DNA of 47,611 nucleotides from an uncultured Nitrososphaeraceae archaeon (GTDB taxonomy: Archaea; Thermoproteota; Nitrososphaeria; Nitrososphaerales; Nitrososphaeraceae): the NCBI GenBank assembly GCA_963728595.1, contig CAVSLF010000003.1, positions 1 to 47,611 of the forward strand, written 5' to 3'. The number at the start of each line of letters is the position of its first letter. Positions within the stretch are counted from its first letter, which is position 1. Shown here piece by piece: positions 38,575 through 47,611 of this stretch. The position numbers and the translations under genes are program-made. The notes beneath the pieces were generated by a model. That model worked only from the letters and a program-made list of their open reading frames with translations. It was not told the DNA's origin and ran no database searches.

Positions 38575-39726
38575 CTAGACCCTTAGCACTCGGTTGTCGT
38601 ACTTATTTTTCTTCACAAGCTTGACCATCTCTATCGCTCCCAAAATTGTCCGCATGATATCTTTTTTCATAGGTGACTCGCTAGAATTCATCATGCCGTT
38701 ATAGTTATTCTCCGTATCTTCGGCATACCACCCTCTGCTCCATCCCACAAACGGAAATTTACCGAAAACAAATCCCAATTGGGACCAAAACGATAACATC
38801 TCACCGGCAACATGTTGAATATTGTCCTGTCCTCCAGTAATAATGAATGCAGCGGCTTTATCTCTGATAAGATACTGATTATGAGTAACCGATTGATTCT
38901 GTACACAATTCATCCTTTGAATCATTTGATAATATAATGAACTGGCATTTCCCCACCTGATTGGTGTCGAAACTATCACTACATCTGACCAGAGTATCAC
39001 CTTTTCGTAAATTTCTAACATCTGGTCTTCCTTATCCATTTCAGAAATTGAACAAGGAAAAATGCAAGCATTTGCATTCTTTGAATAGTAACCTTCACAG
39101 TGCTTAAAATTCAATTGTCTGAGCTTTATCAAGACGCATTCAGCACCCATCTGATTCTTCGCATAATCTAATGCAAAGTTTAGCGCCCCTTCTGAGGTGC
39201 TTTTTCTTGGAGCAACATTGTCGGAGTTAGTAGTTGATATTCCCAAGACACGTACGTTGGTGTCAACAGGAAGTTTTGAATCTTTGTCTAAATGTTTCAG
39301 ATAATTTTTTACTGAATTCTCTAAATCCTTGTATTTCTTATGAGGATTGTAAACTTTATTCCCTAGCGTTGACGGAACAGGATTTATGTAGAGCTCGTTA
39401 CCTATCAGTTTTGTTACAAAGGTATCCACACTATCTCCTCCTTTATGAGGCGACTTGCCCGTACGTACATTATATTTCCATCCGTGCCAAGGACACGTAA
39501 CTACATCTTGTTTTAGATTCCCTTGACTTAGAGGACCTCCTTTATGCACACAGGTATCAGATATTGCATGATAGTTTCCATTAATATTGAATACAGCAAT
39601 ATCTACTCTGAGGCCCTTTTCATCAGAGATTGAAAAACTCTTCGACTTACCCTCTAGTATTTCAGATGTTAAGCACAGATAACGAAGAACTGGATTGGTG
39701 TCATTATTTTCTAAATCTCGTTTCAT
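38575..39726 (-). CDS. Rieske [2Fe-2S] domain fused to a flavodoxin-like NAD(P)H-dependent FMN reductase / iron-sulfur flavoprotein domain
   Basis: CVH...CPWH Rieske motifs; VLGISTT...RKSTS; CEGYYSK...CIFPC; STPIRWG; ITGGQD. Confidence 0.88.
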   Translation of the reverse strand: MKRDLENNDTNPVLRYLCLTSEILEGKSKSFSISDEKGLRVDIAVFNINGNYHAISDTCVHKGGPLSQGNLKQDVVTCPWHGWKYNVRTGKSPHKGGDSVDTFVTKLIGNELYINPVPSTLGNKVYNPHKKYKDLENSVKNYLKHLDKDSKLPVDTNVRVLGISTTNSDNVAPRKSTSEGALNFALDYAKNQMGAECVLIKLRQLNFKHCEGYYSKNANACIFPCSISEMDKEDQMLEIYEKVILWSDVVIVSTPIRWGNASSLYYQMIQRMNCVQNQSVTHNQYLIRDKAAAFIITGGQDNIQHVAGEMLSFWSQLGFVFGKFPFVGWSRGWYAEDTENNYNGMMNSSESPMKKDIMRTILGAIEMVKLVKKNKYDNRVLRV

Positions 39727-40427
39727 TTCACATACCTCTACTCTGTAATCAAAAACCTACTAGTAAAGCTAATCTCTAAACACTACGCGATAGGCGACAA
39801 TGTGTTGGAACCCAATTCATCAAAAAACATAAATTGAAACTACTTGGATGGCATTTTGGTCTTATGCATTCCAATATTTTTGGCAAGTTAAGCATATGTA
39901 GTTCATGAATATGCCGGGATCGCAGGAAAGATTAGATTCACATTCACAAATTATACCGCATGTTTTGCACTGATGTCGATGCAAGGTAAAGATTTTTCCC
40001 ACAGATAATTATACACATTATAACTTAAATAGACGATATTGTCATTTATTGAATGATTGCGCTTGCAGTTTTCCATTCAAATTTAAGCCATCCCTTCTTC
40101 CCGGATCTGGTAGATCGAACAAACAGAAATGATGAAAACAGTACAAAATATACTTCAAATGGATATTTGAACGCATAACGTTATTTTGTTTTTCGTTTGT
40201 TAGCTACCAAAAGAGGAATTGCCTGATGCTGATCTACGCTTTCTGAAACGGCATTAGTTTCTTACCGAGTAATCATTTCTTTCACAGACGATTTACGAGT
40301 CTCTTGAATATGTTGTGATGGCGATATTCTGCCCTGTGACTACGCACATTTCCTTGTATGACATTCCGCTTGTGCATAGCAGGCCATTAGTCTAAAATTT
40401 ATATTTATGAAATAGATTTCAAGTTTC

Positions 40428-40940
40428 ATGCCTTCAGATATATCTGGTACCATAGAGATTGATCTGGCAAAAGAACACAACCTAATAATTCAATCAATGG
40501 CATCGCCTACCGGACAATTAATTCAATTTTCTGGCACCGTACCACTACAAACACACCCTGGCAATTTGATAAAATTTCAAATACGTGGAGATAAAGGTAT
40601 TATTAATGTAATAGGATCTTCTAATGAGGCGAATGTTCAGACAATGCGCACTCCAGAAACAAGTAATATATTTAATAGCTTGATCGAAAATATTCGTTCC
40701 TCACAAGAAATTGATAAAGAACAAATTGTAACATTGTTAGAAGTTCTTAGAGATAACCTGACTCCAGGAGAGGCTGACAATCAAGACCTTGTTGAAAAAT
40801 TAAAACGAATTTCAGCTGATAAACAAAAGTTCGAAACTATATGGACCAAGACATCTCCCCTCATTCTAAAATCCATTAAGGAGCTTATCAACGCCGCTGT
40901 TATGAGGCCTTCACAATTAGACACAACATCACAAAATTGA
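40428..40940 (+). CDS. Hypothetical protein
   Basis: 170-aa ATG ORF; beta-rich N-half and helical C-half; no recognised motif. Confidence 0.6.
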   Translation: MPSDISGTIEIDLAKEHNLIIQSMASPTGQLIQFSGTVPLQTHPGNLIKFQIRGDKGIINVIGSSNEANVQTMRTPETSNIFNSLIENIRSSQEIDKEQIVTLLEVLRDNLTPGEADNQDLVEKLKRISADKQKFETIWTKTSPLILKSIKELINAAVMRPSQLDTTSQN

Positions 40941-41094
40941 AGTGGTAATATCGAAGATAAATTAGACTTCAATGTGAGTTTAACTATATAAGGGGTTGAT
41001 TCTGTAACGCTACGCTACTAATTATGGAATTTGCTTGCTCTAGGAGTCCCAACCTATGGAGCCACTAATACCCATAATATACTCTCGACTTTAA

Positions 41095-41853
41095 TCAGCT
41101 AAATAATTTGCAAACAACAGGCATTGCATGTTTGTGTTTGTTTTTTTCTATTAATCCTTTTACTTTAACAGCTTTTTTCCTTAACTTATAACTAGAGATT
41201 GGTATTCTTCTTTCAATGTGGTCTAAGATTAAATCGATGTCGTCATAGGCAAGGCCAAGCTCTCCCTCTGCGGTATGACCTTTCCATAATCGGGCGCTGC
41301 TCTCTTTACTTATAATTTCATCGGGAATTGATAAGTATCGAGCCAAAGCTCTCACTTCTGTTTTGTAGAGATCAGCTATCGGGAGTATGTCAGCTGCTCC
41401 ATCACCATATTTGGTAAAGTATCCTAGAGACATCTCGCTCTTGTCGCCTGTTCCCAATACGATGCCGTTTAAAATAGATGCGTAATAATATATGAGCGAC
41501 ATTCTAAGTCTCACTAGCAAGTTCCCTCTTGCCAATTTGTTATCAGGAAGTTTTTTCAGCAAGTATTTTTTCATTGTCTTTAATTCGATTAATTTATATC
41601 GAATGTTTAGCCGGCTAGCTAGTTCTACTGCATGTATTGTATCCTTCTTCGGTGTTACCGAAGAGTCTGGAAGGATCAATCCGAATACCTTTTTAGGTTC
41701 TATGGCTTTGGTTGCCAAAGACACAGTCACTGCCGAGTCTATTCCGCCACTAATTCCTACAACAACTACTCGAGCGTTCCTCTTTTTCACTTCTTTTCTT
41801 ATAAATCTGGTTATCGTAGAGCAAACTTGCTCATTGGAGATCTCCATTAACAA
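41095..41853 (-). CDS. nadE: NH3-dependent NAD+ synthetase
   Basis: GISGGIDSAV, GNLLVRLRM, GTGDKSE, GYFTKYGDG, DLYKTEV, SARLWKGHTAEGELG. Confidence 0.95.
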   Translation of the reverse strand: MLMEISNEQVCSTITRFIRKEVKKRNARVVVVGISGGIDSAVTVSLATKAIEPKKVFGLILPDSSVTPKKDTIHAVELASRLNIRYKLIELKTMKKYLLKKLPDNKLARGNLLVRLRMSLIYYYASILNGIVLGTGDKSEMSLGYFTKYGDGAADILPIADLYKTEVRALARYLSIPDEIISKESSARLWKGHTAEGELGLAYDDIDLILDHIERRIPISSYKLRKKAVKVKGLIEKNKHKHAMPVVCKLFS

Positions 41854-41887
41854 TCAAAATTCAGTGCAATAAATACTAAATAAAAAA

Positions 41888-42046
41888 TTATGCACGTTCT
41901 GCCGAATCTTCCTTTTCATCAACGGCTTCTGCTGCTTCTTCCCGTAAATTTTCTGCCGGACCTGTAGTTTCAGGATCTGATTCGGCTGCGCCCACACGCT
42001 TTTGATTCTTTTGTGCTTTATCTAAATTTTCAGTTGAATCACTCAT
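41888..42046 (-). CDS. Small acidic hydrophilic protein, 52 aa (not in ORF track)
   Basis: MSDSTENLDKAQKNQKRVGAAESDPETTGPAENLREEAAEAVDEKEDSAERA*. Confidence 0.6.
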   Translation of the reverse strand: MSDSTENLDKAQKNQKRVGAAESDPETTGPAENLREEAAEAVDEKEDSAERA

Positions 42047-42168
42047 CAATACGCTTTGAGCATTAAGGAATATCTATATTATATAACGAACTTTGACGCG
42101 TGTACCTTCGAATTACATGATTAAAAAATAAAGAAAATAAATACAAAATAATTGAACATACTTTGCTC

Positions 42169-42576
42169 TTAGGACTTCTTCATTTCGCCACTTATATTAC
42201 CGAGGACAGTTGCAGCTCCACCAATTATTTTCTTGCCTACCTCAACTGTCTTGTTCAATATTGTTGAACCTACTTCACTTGCGTTTTTACCTAATTCATC
42301 TGCAGTTGCGTTCACCACCTCTCCGGTCTTGTTCATTGCGCTTGATGCGTTACTACCAATTTCTATCATGGTTTCGTTTGCAACTTGACCAGCATTTCCT
42401 ACAGCATTCGACATATTCTGTCCAAGTTCTGAAGCATTTGGATTAACTGAAGCACTCGCATTTCCAACCGAGTTTGACGCATGCTTAGAGTAGTTTTGAG
42501 CTGTTACACCGCTTGCTAGTGTAGCAACCAGTAAAATTGACAAAGCTATTCCAATGAGGGAGAATTCCTTCTTCAT
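42169..42576 (-). CDS. Secreted protein with LEA/apolipoprotein-like amphipathic repeats
   Basis: Signal peptide; repeated NAS-E-L-G / N-K-T-G-E units with many N-glycosylation sequons. Confidence 0.75.
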   Translation of the reverse strand: MKKEFSLIGIALSILLVATLASGVTAQNYSKHASNSVGNASASVNPNASELGQNMSNAVGNAGQVANETMIEIGSNASSAMNKTGEVVNATADELGKNASEVGSTILNKTVEVGKKIIGGAATVLGNISGEMKKS

Positions 42577-42836
42577 TGACCTGATTTGAGTTCATCACCG
42601 TTTAACGCTTGTGTATTTATATTCTAGGTGAAAGACTTGCTAAATTTAGGTTTAATTTGTATGGATTCTCTCGTTAACCACTCAAATAAAACATTGGTTG
42701 ATACAATTATAGAAGACATCTCTCCAACTGTTTGGGGTTTTTCGGTTCTATACCCATCCATTTTCATCTTGCTTGTCGATCTATGTTGATCTATTTGGAA
42801 TATTGGATCTGCAATGTAGATCTTCCAAGCACTAAG

Positions 42837-43253
42837 TTAAGATGGAGTTCCGCCAGGCAACAAGGTATAATGATCAGGTTTTGGAATATTTACAAGACTT
42901 ACCGTAAAAGGCGAGGTCAATGTGGGAGTTAATGCAGGGACATTCACTACACCACCTTCCGTAGTTATGAGTTTATTATCTTTATCATACATTGCTGCGT
43001 ATATCCTAACGGATGAAAGGTCCTTCGTTGAGTTATTCACAATAGTTCCCGTTATAATATCAGAGTCTTTTTGATTTACGTACTTGTGATATGTTATAGC
43101 TAAATATTTGGAATTGATAACATCGCCGCTTACTATATTATCTTCATTATCTGTAGATGCAGATGCTCCGTTAGGCTGTATTGCTGACACCCAGATCGCT
43201 GATGCGAGTAAGACAACGAAAATCGTTAAACCCCTCGAATTTTCGATTTGCAC
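42837..43253 (-). CDS. Secreted FxLYD-domain protein
   Basis: Signal peptide; ITGTIVNNS...VRIYAAMYDKDNKLI...TSPFTV. Confidence 0.8.
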   Translation of the reverse strand: MQIENSRGLTIFVVLLASAIWVSAIQPNGASASTDNEDNIVSGDVINSKYLAITYHKYVNQKDSDIITGTIVNNSTKDLSSVRIYAAMYDKDNKLITTEGGVVNVPALTPTLTSPFTVSLVNIPKPDHYTLLPGGTPS

Positions 43254-43504
43254 TATATCCTATTTCTGTATATTTTAATAAATTCCCATGTGAATATCAT
43301 CTAATCCCGAAGACAATTATTTTTGTAGGAATCGGGTCTTAACACATGAAACAAGTGTTAAATGGTTTCGTATTGAACTCATTCTACTATCTTAATATCA
43401 AGAGTTTTTTGGAACAGCAATGTGGTAAATGTGGCAACTCTGTATGGGGCAGAGACAAACTACAACAGCTATAAATATCTGCTACAACTTTCAACTAGTA
43501 GTAT

Positions 43505-43830
43505 TGTCACTAGAGGCTGTTGCTCCAACGTTATTCACAATTGGGTCCGGCGGTCTTATTGGGTTTCTTGCTGGATTTGCGATTAAACGCGTATTTAAGA
43601 TACTAGCCGTAATAGTGGGTATCTTCTTCGCAGCTCTTATGTATTTTCAGTCGCAGAACCTGATAAGTGTAAACTGGGATAAAATTCAATCAATGTCACA
43701 AGGAATGGTGTCAACGCTCGCCCATACATTGACAGACACTGGACAAATCTCTACTATTGCTGGAAATCTAGGCATTCCTCTCACGGGAGGACTTGCCGCC
43801 GGCTTTGCAATAGGTGTTATGAAGGGATAG
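43505..43830 (+). CDS. FUN14-domain membrane protein
   Basis: GGLIGFLAGFAIKRVFKILAVIVG...ISVNWDK...GGLAAGFAIG. The TTG start near 43505 is preferred over the track start at 43429. Confidence 0.88.
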
Positions 43831-44041
43831 CTTCGATTACATTTTGACATGTCACTTCTAGAAGGACAATAATGGGATTGATACCATTGCAAAGTATTAG
43901 GGTATGGCATTAGAGTGCCGCAAACTAACTAACGTCTATTCTTTTTCTCTATTTCATGTCAAGGACATGGGATAGGGTCACAGAAGGAACTTTTGAGATT
44001 CGTGACACCACACGAATTAAGATTTCCGTTTAATTACTGTC

Positions 44042-44690
44042 ATGTGTTCATTTAAGGAATATGCAGTTGTAACAGTAGTTTCTGCAATTTTGATAGCGGG
44101 TGTTTTAACATTCCCGTTAGCTTTTAGCCATCAATCGGCTGATGCCAGCGAATGTCAAAGTAAAATCTGTGAAGAATACTATCAAGAATAAGATTCAAGC
44201 AATAACAAGAGCCGCAAGCACGGGAAATGATGGAATAAGTTCCGATGGTATCTCTGGCACCGGTACTAATGGTAACCCAGGTTCTAGCACGAATGGTGTT
44301 CCAGGCACCGAAGGGAGCAGAGGCATCGTTATTGCTCTCCCCTGAGTTGACGGTATTAGTGATTCGACGGGAGCTGGTGGAGCTGCAGGAGCTGGAGGTG
44401 CTAGCGGAGCCCCCGGAATTGGATGTGTAGGCGCCGGCTGTAGTGGAGGTGCTGGTGGAGCTGGTGGAGCTGGTGGAGCTGGAGGAAGCAATTTTGGCTC
44501 AGCCGGTAGTGCTGCTGGCGGCTCGGCTTGTCAATCTAGTACCGGCGGAACCTCTGCTTGTATAACCGGAAACGGTGGTACTGCTACAGGAGGATTGGCT
44601 GGTCCTGGAGGAGTTGGCGGAACAGGCGTCGGTGGTGCTGGTGGTAAGGGTGGCTTGGCAACTGCAGGCTCTGACGGTGCTAGTGGATAA
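44042..44690 (+). pseudogene. Secreted glycine-rich (PE-PGRS-like GGAGGA) protein disrupted by a +1 frameshift near 44147 and an in-frame TGA at 44343-44345
   Basis: Signal peptide MCSFKEYAVVTVVSAILIAGVLTFPLAFSHQSADA from 44042. The 44142 frame continues past the TGA for about 114 codons of GAGGAAGAGG...CVGAGCSG...ACQSSTGGTSAC to TAA 44688-44690. Confidence 0.7.
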
Positions 44691-45114
44691 AGCGCAGCGA
44701 GTCTGATACCTATAATAATAAAGCCAGAACCACAATACAGTTAGCTGAAAATAATTTTAGATTTAACTACAGTAACGTTAACACTATAGTACTTGCTTGT
44801 TATATTGCTAGGGTTATCATAGGAAGTTATCTTTGAAGTCATCCGGATAATACGGTTAGAGCAGAATTTGCAAAATTGTCAGTGGGATATTTCGAAGAAA
44901 CATATGCAACCACAAGGCTGACAATAAAACCAAAGGTCCCTGAAATCAACAGGTTCTTGTTGAGATATATGGTGATCCTATATCTTATGTAAAATCTCGT
45001 AAAGAAATTTGTTATCACAACACGATCTTCGCTTTGTTTAGTTAAATAATAGCAAAATGCTCAGATCATTTTTTGGTGTTATAGAACAATAAAGTAAAGA
45101 TTGTATTAAGTGGG

Positions 45115-45735
45115 TTAGCCTTCCGTGAGTTTTTCACTTGTCAGTTCTTCAGTTATAGTCTTGGTTTCTGTTATAGGCTTTTTAGTAACTTTTACTTCTT
45201 CCTTGACATAAGATTGTTTTGTTGTTTCGATTTCCTCTCTTTTTAGTGGTATCTTTATCTCAGTCCTTGACTCAACAGGTTCTTCATCAGTCATTTGCGG
45301 TTCTGACAGAGGTCTTCTCTCTAATACCAGCTCTTCGTGGGTCAGGCTAACATCCATATGCTTTGTTTCCTTAATTGGTTCTTTTACTATTGTTGCCTCT
45401 TCCATTATCTGTTTTGTTCTAGGCTCAAGTCTTTCCTCTACCAATGACACAGTTGTTTCGGAGTCTCCCTGATCTTCTTCCAATGGTGACTCATGTTTGA
45501 CGTACAAATCTTTTGCTTCTTTTTCCGTTACTTTCAAAATAAGTTGATTTCCATTAAATTCCTGTGCCAGATGTTTTGGGATCTGAAACCACTTGGTGTT
45601 TACAATTCCTTTGTGGGTTATGACGTACTCTGAAGTTACTTGCCTGACTTCCCCAAGATTGTAATCGTCGATGCCCCGTGCCTCTTTCTTTATTACTTCG
45701 TCCCAAGGTATATTTCCATTATCGCTAGTTTCCAT
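45115..45735 (-). CDS. YsnF/AvaK (DUF2382) stress protein with N-terminal PRC-barrel-like domain
   Basis: KKEARGIDDYNLGEV; EERL...KEPIKET...LTHEELVLERRP...IPLKREE...VKEEVKVTK. Confidence 0.88.
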   Translation of the reverse strand: METSDNGNIPWDEVIKKEARGIDDYNLGEVRQVTSEYVITHKGIVNTKWFQIPKHLAQEFNGNQLILKVTEKEAKDLYVKHESPLEEDQGDSETTVSLVEERLEPRTKQIMEEATIVKEPIKETKHMDVSLTHEELVLERRPLSEPQMTDEEPVESRTEIKIPLKREEIETTKQSYVKEEVKVTKKPITETKTITEELTSEKLTEG

Positions 45736-45824
45736 TATACAGTACTATCTTCAACATACGATTTAATGCTTAGAGTCTCAGAATAATAGAATTGAATTAA
45801 GAGATATGATGTATTATAAAGTAC

Positions 45825-46076
45825 TTGAAAGAGGAAAAGACAACTAAATCAAAAGAACAAGATAACATACAGCCTTCCAAATCTGATAATGAAATTTTAC
45901 CGTCAGAAAATCCCGAAAGTACCGTGAAGAGTAACTCAAAACTCCATCTTGAAGAAACGGTTGTCTCACCCGAAATGCCCAAGGCTACAATAACCGTAAT
46001 TCGACCTACTATTATACAGAAAGAAGAATCCTTCACGGGAAGAGCTACGCGATTTGATGGAATCAATGAAAGATAG
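45825..46076 (+). CDS. Small hydrophilic hypothetical protein
   Basis: 83-aa TTG ORF overlapping the start of the next gene; could be its displaced N-terminus. Confidence 0.45.
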   Translation: MKEEKTTKSKEQDNIQPSKSDNEILPSENPESTVKSNSKLHLEETVVSPEMPKATITVIRPTIIQKEESFTGRATRFDGINER

Positions 46077-46632
46077 GACCGAGGAAGCCTTCGATTCAAT
46101 AAAGTCAGCAACCGGACAAGGAGTAAGCCGAACTATGTCAAACCTAGATTCAGAACCCCTTGTGATTCCAATTATAGAACAAAAGAGCTCTTCTGAGACT
46201 AAGACCTATACGGAGGAAATAACGATTGAAAAGAGAAAGGTTGAGCGAAAAAAGAACATTGAAGTTAAGGTCGCTTACGATGAAATTTTTGTCAATGGTA
46301 AAGAAATAGGAAGCAGTATGGGTGACACTTTTAAAGAAATAAAAGACAAAATACTAGACATCGTTACTTTTGACCACGATAGAGATGAGAAGCAACTAGA
46401 AAAAATCAAACATGACATGATCCCTCTGTTAGAAAATAGTAGTGAACAAGAAAAAGTTATTCCACTTTATGCCGAGCAGATAGTAATATCCAAAAGAACA
46501 GTCAAGATAGCAGATCTCATAATTCGTAAAAGAAAAGTGACTGACACACGCAAAATGGGCATTGATCTGATAACTGAGCAATTGACAGTTCGAAATCCAA
46601 CTGGCGGCGCGTTAACCTCGGATAATGATTAG
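46054..46632 (+). CDS. DUF2382 (YsnF/AvaK-like) domain protein
   Basis: VIPIIEQ...EEITIEKRKVE...YDEIFVNGKE...IPLYAEQIVISKRTVK...IRKRKVTD. Confidence 0.8.
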   Translation: MMESMKDRTEEAFDSIKSATGQGVSRTMSNLDSEPLVIPIIEQKSSSETKTYTEEITIEKRKVERKKNIEVKVAYDEIFVNGKEIGSSMGDTFKEIKDKILDIVTFDHDRDEKQLEKIKHDMIPLLENSSEQEKVIPLYAEQIVISKRTVKIADLIIRKRKVTDTRKMGIDLITEQLTVRNPTGGALTSDND

Positions 46633-46729
46633 GTTTTTGGGTTTCTTCTGTTCTAGTGTTGTATCTCATTAATACGAGTGGGAAGGTTTCATAAACCTAC
46701 TCTACGTCTTCTTTTATTTTTTCTATCTC

Positions 46730-46885
46730 TTACTCCGTTTCGAGATCTCTGTTCGTGTTTTTAATTTTGTCAGCTACTGCTTTTGCTCCAGCTTTAATCT
46801 TTTCTCCTGTAGTCTCTAACTCTTTCTGAGTATCACCTTTGTTATCTACTTTCGTTTTAGATTTGACTTCAGGTTCATTCGTCAT
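46730..46885 (-). CDS. Small LEA/hydrophilin-like protein, 51 aa, probably truncated (not in ORF track)
   Basis: MTNEPEVKSKTKVDNKGDTQKELETTGEKIKAGAKAVADKIKNTNRDLETE*. Sequence after the TAA still reads like a charged tail (EIEK...). Confidence 0.6.
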   Translation of the reverse strand: MTNEPEVKSKTKVDNKGDTQKELETTGEKIKAGAKAVADKIKNTNRDLETE

Positions 46886-47118
46886 AAAATATTACTTTGC
46901 ATTCATTCTATTTATCCATACCACTTTCAGATATTAGTCTAACACAGCTGGATTCACCTTCCTTAATATTGTCCTACAACTAGATGAATTCTATCCGGTA
47001 CATGAACTACATGGATCGATTCAAATCACGAAAATACATTAATTGAAATCATAAAGTCACTTTATTGAACCAAATAAAAAGAATTGGTCGGTACATTAAC
47101 TGATTCAATTATTTTCTT

Positions 47119-47283
47119 CTAACTAATATCAAAGATCCCTTTTGTGAATACCAGCATATCTGCCTGATGATCCAAAGTTGCAGGTAACATAAAGAGGACA
47201 CCGAATAGAAATCTAAGCAGAACAACAATTACAATAATAACGATTATTACTAATGCTATGTAGATCAGAGTGTTTAAGACCAT
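47119..47283 (-). CDS. Small single-TM membrane protein, 54 aa (not in ORF track)
   Basis: MVLNTLIYIALVIIVIIVIVVLLRFLFGVLFMLPATLDHQADMLVFTKGIFDIS*. Confidence 0.65.
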   Translation of the reverse strand: MVLNTLIYIALVIIVIIVIVVLLRFLFGVLFMLPATLDHQADMLVFTKGIFDIS

Positions 47284-47611
47284 ATGTATCTAATATCTCA
47301 CTTTATAGTTAATATCGATTGTATATGAAATGTCTTCAGATTTCTTACTAAAAACTAATATCTGCTGGCTGCCATCTTAGCACAATTATTCTCTAGGTCA
47401 ATGCAGTAAACACAACATATAACCAATTGCATGAGCGGTACAGGGTTATTTAACCTTAGGTTTACCACCTGTTGGTTAATCGCAACTTGAAGTTCAGATT
47501 TTGCATACTTTGACTATTTGTCGTTGTGAGCGGCATAGGATGCTGCATAACAATGAATAAACGTATATTCTATCCTCGATTGATGTGAAGTACATATTTG
47601 TAATTTTCATA

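Noticed and set aside
44343..44345. In-frame TGA as selenocysteine
   Set aside because: The context predicts Gly, no Sec machinery is known in this lineage, and the gene has a second lesion.
44195..44735. Pro/Ala-rich and Ser/Thr-rich minus-strand ORFs
   Set aside because: Antisense shadows of the plus-strand Gly-rich gene.

Overview
AT-rich archaeal chromosomal segment. Its gene families and small-protein repertoire point to a soil ammonia-oxidising archaeon (Nitrososphaeraceae, Thaumarchaeota group I.1b); this is inferred from protein families, since no rRNA marker is present. It is an accessory-type region with no rRNA, tRNA, CRISPR array or intact transposase that I can detect. Recognisable genes: divergent SDR/MarR pair, PPOX-class F420 enzyme, RTX-type Ca-binding protein, cNMP-domain thioredoxin-reductase-like protein, blue-copper cupredoxin, frameshifted malic enzyme, CHRD protein, a candidate AmoY-like membrane protein, a Zn-dependent MDR reductase plus beta-type carbonic anhydrase, thioredoxin, an Amt ammonium transporter with a non-canonical binding site plus a frameshifted PII gene, Rieske ferredoxin, nitroreductase, ABM monooxygenase, a stand-alone atypical DnaK, a Cache histidine kinase / response regulator / cyclase-receiver signalling cluster, a SemiSWEET with a PII-like neighbour, a Rieske-flavoprotein fusion, nadE, and a terminal cluster of stress-type proteins (LEA-like, FUN14, two DUF2382). 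I also found several small ORFs missed by the ORF track, relic gene fragments (MBL hydrolase, TMEM175, probable phage terminase), a duplicated orphan MarR-type operator region, and five +1 frameshifts that may be sequencing artefacts. All family calls come from motif recognition by eye, not database searches.
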